Positions 59,070-64,000 of a stretch of DNA of 64,000 bases are shown in pieces. A program made the position numbers and the translations under genes. Numbering within the stretch: position 1 is the stretch's first letter; every line of letters begins with the position of its first letter. The stretch comes from an uncultured virus (IMG/VR IMGVR_UViG_3300034418_003291) (lineage: Duplodnaviria; Heunggongvirae; Uroviricota; Caudoviricetes), in the IMG/VR virus record IMGVR_UViG_3300034418_003291; one strand, given 5' to 3'. The notes beneath the pieces are model-generated. The model ran no database searches, had not been told where the DNA came from, and saw only the letters and a list, made by a program, of their open reading frames with translations.

Positions 59070-60788
59070 ATGACAGGCAGCATGATATCATCCGACCCCC
59101 GCAGAAACTATGCGGGACCAAAGCCAGGAATGAACACTCAGTTCATTACTGACTATAGTAGAGAGATTGCGTTCTCTAACTTGATCCGCATGGGTCGTAC
59201 TGACTGGGTTTACAACTATGGTTCTAACGGTTTTGATGGAACTGTTGATGCTTCTGGCAACCTAGAGACTTCTGGTACACTTGGGACATTTAGAAACGGT
59301 TTCGTTTTCATGGCTGCTACTGCAAGTGGAATGCTTGAGACTGGAGATTATGTTCTTACATGGGAAGGTACAGGTTCGCCAGAAGTGGTTGGTACTGGCA
59401 GCATTTCCATCAGCCTCAAATCCTCTGCCGCTAACCGTAAGGTTTACACGATCTCAGATTGGGGAGACGATGATGTTATGTATTTCTATATTCCTACTGA
59501 GGATACTGGAAATGTCCTAAATCCTGTTTTTTGCTATATTGATTACGAAGGTACTTGCGGTCCTGGAGAGGAGAACGAGTTTTATCCCCCGCTCCTCCAG
59601 GCTTACGAACCGTACAAGCACTGTGTTCGCTTTATGAACTGGCAAGCCACAAACCAAAAGTCTACCTGGAGTTCGTGGGACAACCGTAAGACCGAAGAAT
59701 ACATTACTTACACACACGGAGGGTTCAACGGTGGAGCTTCAAACCCCGTTGAAGCTGGCGTACCCCTTGAAGTCTGCATCAGGTTTCAGAACAAACTCCA
59801 AGCAACCGGGTGGTATTGTATTCCCCATGAGTACGACGGCTCTAGCGTCTCTGCCTTTTGCGAGATGTTGGCTGACAATGTTGATCCAGGACTAAAAGTT
59901 ATTCTAGAATATAGCAATGAGGTTTGGAACAGTGGCTTTCCCCAAAATGCTTGGGCGCAAGCTAGAGGTCTAGAAGAGCAAGCTGCAACAGGAAGATTCA
60001 CAGCACAAAACGCATCCTACCCCTTCTGGGCTTGGGGAGCCTACCACTCAGCCTCCTGCATGGATATTGCTTCCAGCGTATTCGCAGATAGAGGAAGAGA
60101 GGATGATCTCGTCAGATTCCTTGGTATTCATGTAGGGTCCGCTGAGGCTAAAAAAGCAATGGATACAGATGTTGCTGTGGAGTTTGGAGTTGATACTCCA
60201 GTCTCTGCTTACACTCATCATGACGCTGCTGGTCCTGCTTTCTATTGGGGGAATGGTATATTAGCAGAGCCTAACTTCTCAGACAATGGAGTGTCAGGAG
60301 ACGCAAACACATCAGATGGTCTATCCGCTAACACCGTAAATCTTTGGGCAAGCGGGACGCTTTGGGATAATGTTAGGAAAGGAACAATCCCGTATGAAAT
60401 GGATATAAATCAAAAAACCTCCTGGGCTTGGTGGGAGAACGAAATCAAAAATGTTCGTGGATTAGAAATGTACGGCTATGAAGGAGGACACCATGTTGCT
60501 TCCGTTGGCAATGTTAAGAACCACCCCGTAGCCTCAGCTATTGTTCTTGATTATGAAACAGAGGATTTTGCAAACTTGACAAGAGACTTTCACTTGTTAG
60601 CTGAGAATCTAGGTTTTGATTTGCTTGCACACTTTATTCTCATTGAAAGGGATGACCTGAAAGATAGGGGTTATTGGGGATATCTTCCGACCATGAATAG
60701 TTTGGATGATCCTGATATTACGGAAACCCAACTGAGATATAGAGCTTTGAAAGAGGCAACAGGACAACACAACAAAAGAAACATCTAA
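59070..60788 (+). CDS. Glycoside hydrolase-like (clan GH-A TIM barrel) protein, paralog 1
   Basis: RFMNW, GVPLE, WYCIPH, EYSNEVWN (acid/base-like NE), YEGGHH (nucleophile-like E). Confidence 0.7.
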   Translation: MTGSMISSDPRRNYAGPKPGMNTQFITDYSREIAFSNLIRMGRTDWVYNYGSNGFDGTVDASGNLETSGTLGTFRNGFVFMAATASGMLETGDYVLTWEGTGSPEVVGTGSISISLKSSAANRKVYTISDWGDDDVMYFYIPTEDTGNVLNPVFCYIDYEGTCGPGEENEFYPPLLQAYEPYKHCVRFMNWQATNQKSTWSSWDNRKTEEYITYTHGGFNGGASNPVEAGVPLEVCIRFQNKLQATGWYCIPHEYDGSSVSAFCEMLADNVDPGLKVILEYSNEVWNSGFPQNAWAQARGLEEQAATGRFTAQNASYPFWAWGAYHSASCMDIASSVFADRGREDDLVRFLGIHVGSAEAKKAMDTDVAVEFGVDTPVSAYTHHDAAGPAFYWGNGILAEPNFSDNGVSGDANTSDGLSANTVNLWASGTLWDNVRKGTIPYEMDINQKTSWAWWENEIKNVRGLEMYGYEGGHHVASVGNVKNHPVASAIVLDYETEDFANLTRDFHLLAENLGFDLLAHFILIERDDLKDRGYWGYLPTMNSLDDPDITETQLRYRALKEATGQHNKRNI

Positions 60789-60803
60789 GTTGCCCTAAAT
60801 AAT
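60776..60803 (+). repeat. 28-bp gene-junction repeat, copy 1 (contains stop codon and CTAAATAA late-promoter motif)
   Basis: AAGAAACATCTAAGTTGCCCTAAATAAT; one mismatch to 62909-62936. Confidence 0.85.
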
Positions 60804-60806
60804 AGT

Positions 60807-62921
60807 ATGACAGCACCTAACGGAAACGGACAAGTAGTCTTCTCCAAACCTGACCCAAAGGTTCGGGGCAAGTTTTCCATGCCTGGAATCAATGTTGTTG
60901 CTGCCGAAACTTTCAACCCAGGCTCCCCGTTCAATAACCTTGTTTACAACTCAAGACTTTTTTGGAATGTAAGATATTTGGAGGGACATCCCAGCGGAAC
61001 TGGGCTGGAGAAATGGCTAGACCCGGATTTCTCTGGGACAGGAACGGAAAACGCTAGTGGATACCCAGCAACCTTTGAAGCTAGCTCTAGGGAGTATCTA
61101 GACCACCTTCTTATCTATTGTGCCGAGGGTGATTATGGAGTTGATAATCCACCAGGAGGTTATGTTCTTCGTTGGGAGGGAGGTGGAGGCGTCAAGCCCT
61201 ATATCAATAACTCAGGAAATAAAACTCCCGTAGACGATACTGCTACATATAGGTCTTACTCTGATATAGACCCTAGCGTAGCTCTCACCATTAGGATCGA
61301 TGGTGCAGATATCTCTTCATTGCCCGATACAGGTAATGGTGGAGGCTGGGACGAATATGAAGCTGATCCTTTTACTAGGATTGTATTGGAACCTTCTGGA
61401 TTGTCGGGAACTACGCACTACGGAGGTGCTAACTTTATCCGTCAAGACTGGATTACAGCCCATGCTCCGTTCAAAGGTGGTTTGAGACTAATGAACTTCC
61501 TTGCTATTCGTGACCAAGACAAAAACACAGGTTGGGATGCACGAAAGCGAACTACATATAGAACATTCAACAAAGGAGCATATGATGGTGGGGATGCCCC
61601 TGAAGTCAACGCACCTTACGGTCCTCCGATTGAAGTGGCTATAGATCTTTGTAATGCAACTCAGCTTCCTGGATGGTTCAATATACCGCACAGGTATGTT
61701 GCTTCAGGCGCAGGAGATGGAACATTTCCTGACCAACCTGATGTTTCCTCCTGGGCTTCGGCTATTTGCGAAAACTACAACCACGAAACAAACGGACCAT
61801 TTGTAGTAGAGTATTCCAATGAAGTCTGGAATCCAATCTTCACTCAACAAGACTATGTTCAAACCATATCTAATGACTTGAGTGCATTGGAGCAAGCAAA
61901 CCTGGGTACGAGCAGATTCAAAAATATCAATGGAGATTCCCTACCCGTGAACAATGCAGCGGTAACTTTTGCAGGGATTGGTTACTTTTCCACTCTTGCA
62001 ATGAAAGCCTGTACCGAAGTCTTTGATAGTTATGGAATAAAATACCACAGAACTTTAGGACTCCAAACTGGTAGCGTTGGTATCTCTGTGAATTACACTA
62101 TGGATGTGGATGTGTCTCCTACAGTTGACGGCTCCAGCACAGCGATGGATTGGCACGATTCAGTTTGCAATACAGGGTATTATGGAGGCTTTGTTTTGCA
62201 AGAGCCAACCTTTTCTGACGGGTATGACCCCACTTCGCCGTATGACTCCCCAAACCCAGGTTTGACTGGAAACAATACCAAACACAATCTAACTACGAAC
62301 ACTATTCTTCTCGACCCTTTATCCGCAACGCCAGGAACTGTAGGCTCTGACGAGGTAGATCCAGTACCTACTCCAAGTGGAACTGGCTTTGGTGAGATTG
62401 TTGGAAGACCAGAGGACACTTGGGACGGCACAAGTAGAGGTTTGCATTATGAAATTTTTACTTACAAGAATGATGAGAATGAAAATGATTCTTGGGCTAA
62501 ACTGGCGGCTGAGATTAGTACTAGAAGTACTGCTCTAGGTAGAAATATCGAAGTTCTTTGCTACGAAGGCAACCATCATATGTCCTGGAATGGAACCTCA
62601 AAGCCTACAGCCATTAATGGTTGGGCAGATGCTCCATCTGGTCTTGGAGGTTGGACCGTAGAGGAGTGGGTCTCCTCAATATACGATGGATACGACAACT
62701 CATCTTTTGTAAGAACGCATCAAGATGCCTTCACAGAGTGGAACAAGCACTTCTCAGGAGGTACATATTTCTGGTTTGTTCTTTTATCATCAAAAGATTA
62801 CAGAGATGGCTGGTGGGGATTCTACCCCAGCTTGGATATCGCCCAAGATACTAGAGGCGGTGGTGCGCTTGCTGACAACTGGAAACGAATGATCGGCGTA
62901 AATAGAAGAAGAAACATCTAA
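60807..62921 (+). CDS. Glycoside hydrolase-like (clan GH-A) protein, paralog 2 (divergent)
   Basis: RLMNF, GPPIE, WFNIPH, EYSNEVWN, CYEGNHH. Confidence 0.7.
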   Translation: MTAPNGNGQVVFSKPDPKVRGKFSMPGINVVAAETFNPGSPFNNLVYNSRLFWNVRYLEGHPSGTGLEKWLDPDFSGTGTENASGYPATFEASSREYLDHLLIYCAEGDYGVDNPPGGYVLRWEGGGGVKPYINNSGNKTPVDDTATYRSYSDIDPSVALTIRIDGADISSLPDTGNGGGWDEYEADPFTRIVLEPSGLSGTTHYGGANFIRQDWITAHAPFKGGLRLMNFLAIRDQDKNTGWDARKRTTYRTFNKGAYDGGDAPEVNAPYGPPIEVAIDLCNATQLPGWFNIPHRYVASGAGDGTFPDQPDVSSWASAICENYNHETNGPFVVEYSNEVWNPIFTQQDYVQTISNDLSALEQANLGTSRFKNINGDSLPVNNAAVTFAGIGYFSTLAMKACTEVFDSYGIKYHRTLGLQTGSVGISVNYTMDVDVSPTVDGSSTAMDWHDSVCNTGYYGGFVLQEPTFSDGYDPTSPYDSPNPGLTGNNTKHNLTTNTILLDPLSATPGTVGSDEVDPVPTPSGTGFGEIVGRPEDTWDGTSRGLHYEIFTYKNDENENDSWAKLAAEISTRSTALGRNIEVLCYEGNHHMSWNGTSKPTAINGWADAPSGLGGWTVEEWVSSIYDGYDNSSFVRTHQDAFTEWNKHFSGGTYFWFVLLSSKDYRDGWWGFYPSLDIAQDTRGGGALADNWKRMIGVNRRRNI

Positions 62922-62936
62922 ATTGCCCTAAATAAT
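62909..62936 (+). repeat. 28-bp gene-junction repeat, copy 2
   Basis: AAGAAACATCTAAATTGCCCTAAATAAT. Confidence 0.85.
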
Positions 62937-62938
62937 TT

Positions 62939-64000
62939 ATGGCAGGAAGCATGATATCATCCGATCCCCGCAGAAACTATGCGGGACCAAAGCCAGGAAT
63001 GAACACTTTGTTCATTGTTGATTACGGTAGAGAGATTGCGTTCTCTAACCTGATTCGTATGTCCAGAGTGACTTGGATCAAAGATTATGCTAGTGATTTT
63101 GACGGGACTCTAGACGCATCTGGTTATGTAATAGATGCAGGAACTGCCACAATCAAAACGCGATTCGTCATAATCGCCGCCTCCACTAGCGGTATGCTTG
63201 AGACGGGAACTTATGCACTCAACTGGGATGGTTCTGGCACTCCCTCTATCGTTGCTACAGGAGGGATATCTATTACCGAAACCTCTGCCTCAGCGAACCG
63301 AAAAACATATAGTATTACTGATTGGGGAGACGATGATGTTATGTATTTGGATGTTCCCTTAGCTGACACAGGTGCAGTCACCAATGTTAGATTTTGTTAT
63401 ATTGATTACGAAGGAACAGAAGGTATTGGTGAAGAGAATGAATTTTATCCCCCGCTCCTCCAGGCTTACGAACCGTACAAGCACTGTGTTCGCTTTATGA
63501 ACTGGCAAGCCACGAACCAGCAGAATAATAGAACTTCCTGGGACGAGCGGAGACGCGAAACTTATCGCACATATACTCATGGACCTTTTAGTACAGGCGC
63601 AAACCCCTCAAGTGCGATTGAGGTTCAGCCTGGGGTTCCCCTTGAAGTGTGTGTCAGGTTCCAAAACAAACTTCAAGGAAACGGATGGTATTGTATTCCT
63701 GCTGAATATGATGGCTCCAGTGTATCCGCCTTCTGTGAATACTTAGCCGACAATGTAGATCCTGGTCTAAAGGTTCTTATTGAACTGGGAAATGAGAACT
63801 GGAACGCGGGCTTTGATGTCAATGATGTTTATCAGAATTTGGGGTTAGCGGAGCAGGCTGCAACAGGAAGATTTACAGCACAAAACGCTTCTTACCCCTT
63901 CTGGGCTTACTCTGCGTGGAGATCCGCCTCTTGTATGGATATTGCTTCAAGCGTCTTTGCAGACAGAGGAAGAGAGGATGATCTTGTTAGGGTGCTTGGG
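62939..64000 (+). CDS. Glycoside hydrolase-like protein, paralog 3 (3' partial; not in ORF track)
   Basis: Open frame from ATG 62939 to the window end: MAGSMISSDPRRNYAGPKPGMNT...RFMNW...GVPLE...ELGNENWN; close paralog of 59070-60788. Confidence 0.85.
   Translation, partial: MAGSMISSDPRRNYAGPKPGMNTLFIVDYGREIAFSNLIRMSRVTWIKDYASDFDGTLDASGYVIDAGTATIKTRFVIIAASTSGMLETGTYALNWDGSGTPSIVATGGISITETSASANRKTYSITDWGDDDVMYLDVPLADTGAVTNVRFCYIDYEGTEGIGEENEFYPPLLQAYEPYKHCVRFMNWQATNQQNNRTSWDERRRETYRTYTHGPFSTGANPSSAIEVQPGVPLEVCVRFQNKLQGNGWYCIPAEYDGSSVSAFCEYLADNVDPGLKVLIELGNENWNAGFDVNDVYQNLGLAEQAATGRFTAQNASYPFWAYSAWRSASCMDIASSVFADRGREDDLVRVLG

Noticed and set aside
42..63580. Numerous short antisense or alternate-frame ORFs in the ORF track
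   Set aside because: They lie inside long, motif-supported + strand genes and have no recognisable motifs; only 32233-32739 and 33374-33757 are credible - strand genes
59070..64000. Diversity-generating retroelement (TR/VR pair) among the hydrolase paralogs
   Set aside because: No reverse transcriptase in the window; mismatches include non-adenine changes (e.g. GAC/GAT); both copies are full coding genes
1..64000. Stop-codon reassignment, tRNAs, prophage integration functions
   Set aside because: Standard code gives near-complete coding density with TAA, TAG and TGA all used as stops; no cloverleaf-like sequence, integrase or host flank seen

Overview
A 64-kb, densely coding, almost entirely + strand segment of a large T4-like (contractile-tail) phage genome. 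There are no host genes, rRNA, tRNA, CRISPR or integrase. From left to right it carries: (1) baseplate and fibre genes (LamG protein, gp25, gp6, gp7-like, two paralogous anchor-like proteins, two fibre/spike proteins); (2) a head module (acidic/basic core proteins, gp21, gp22, gp23); (3) neck and tail genes (gp13, gp15, gp18, gp19); (4) a Holliday-junction resolvase and a gp55-type late sigma factor on the - strand; (5) a replication block with a split family-A DNA polymerase (degenerate UDG + partial exonuclease / ExoIII + polymerase), gp47/46, GroES, class II RNR, dUTPase, gp41 helicase, UvsY-like and gp32; (6) an ~8-kb glycosylation cluster (up to six glycosyltransferase-like genes including a Fringe/GT31-like one, plus a ColD-like dehydratase, Fcl and Gmd, i.e. 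GDP-fucose/colitose synthesis); (7) RecA/UvsX and a single-module Clp ATPase with a ClpP-docking-type VGF loop; (8) a repeat-built fibre-like protein and a tandem array of clan GH-A-like hydrolases. The best candidate for an undescribed system is phage-encoded virion O-glycosylation: predicted surface proteins are studded with Ser-(Ser/Gly/Ala) motifs, and the genome carries the deoxy-sugar/GT cluster. All calls come from motif recognition by eye; no searches were run.
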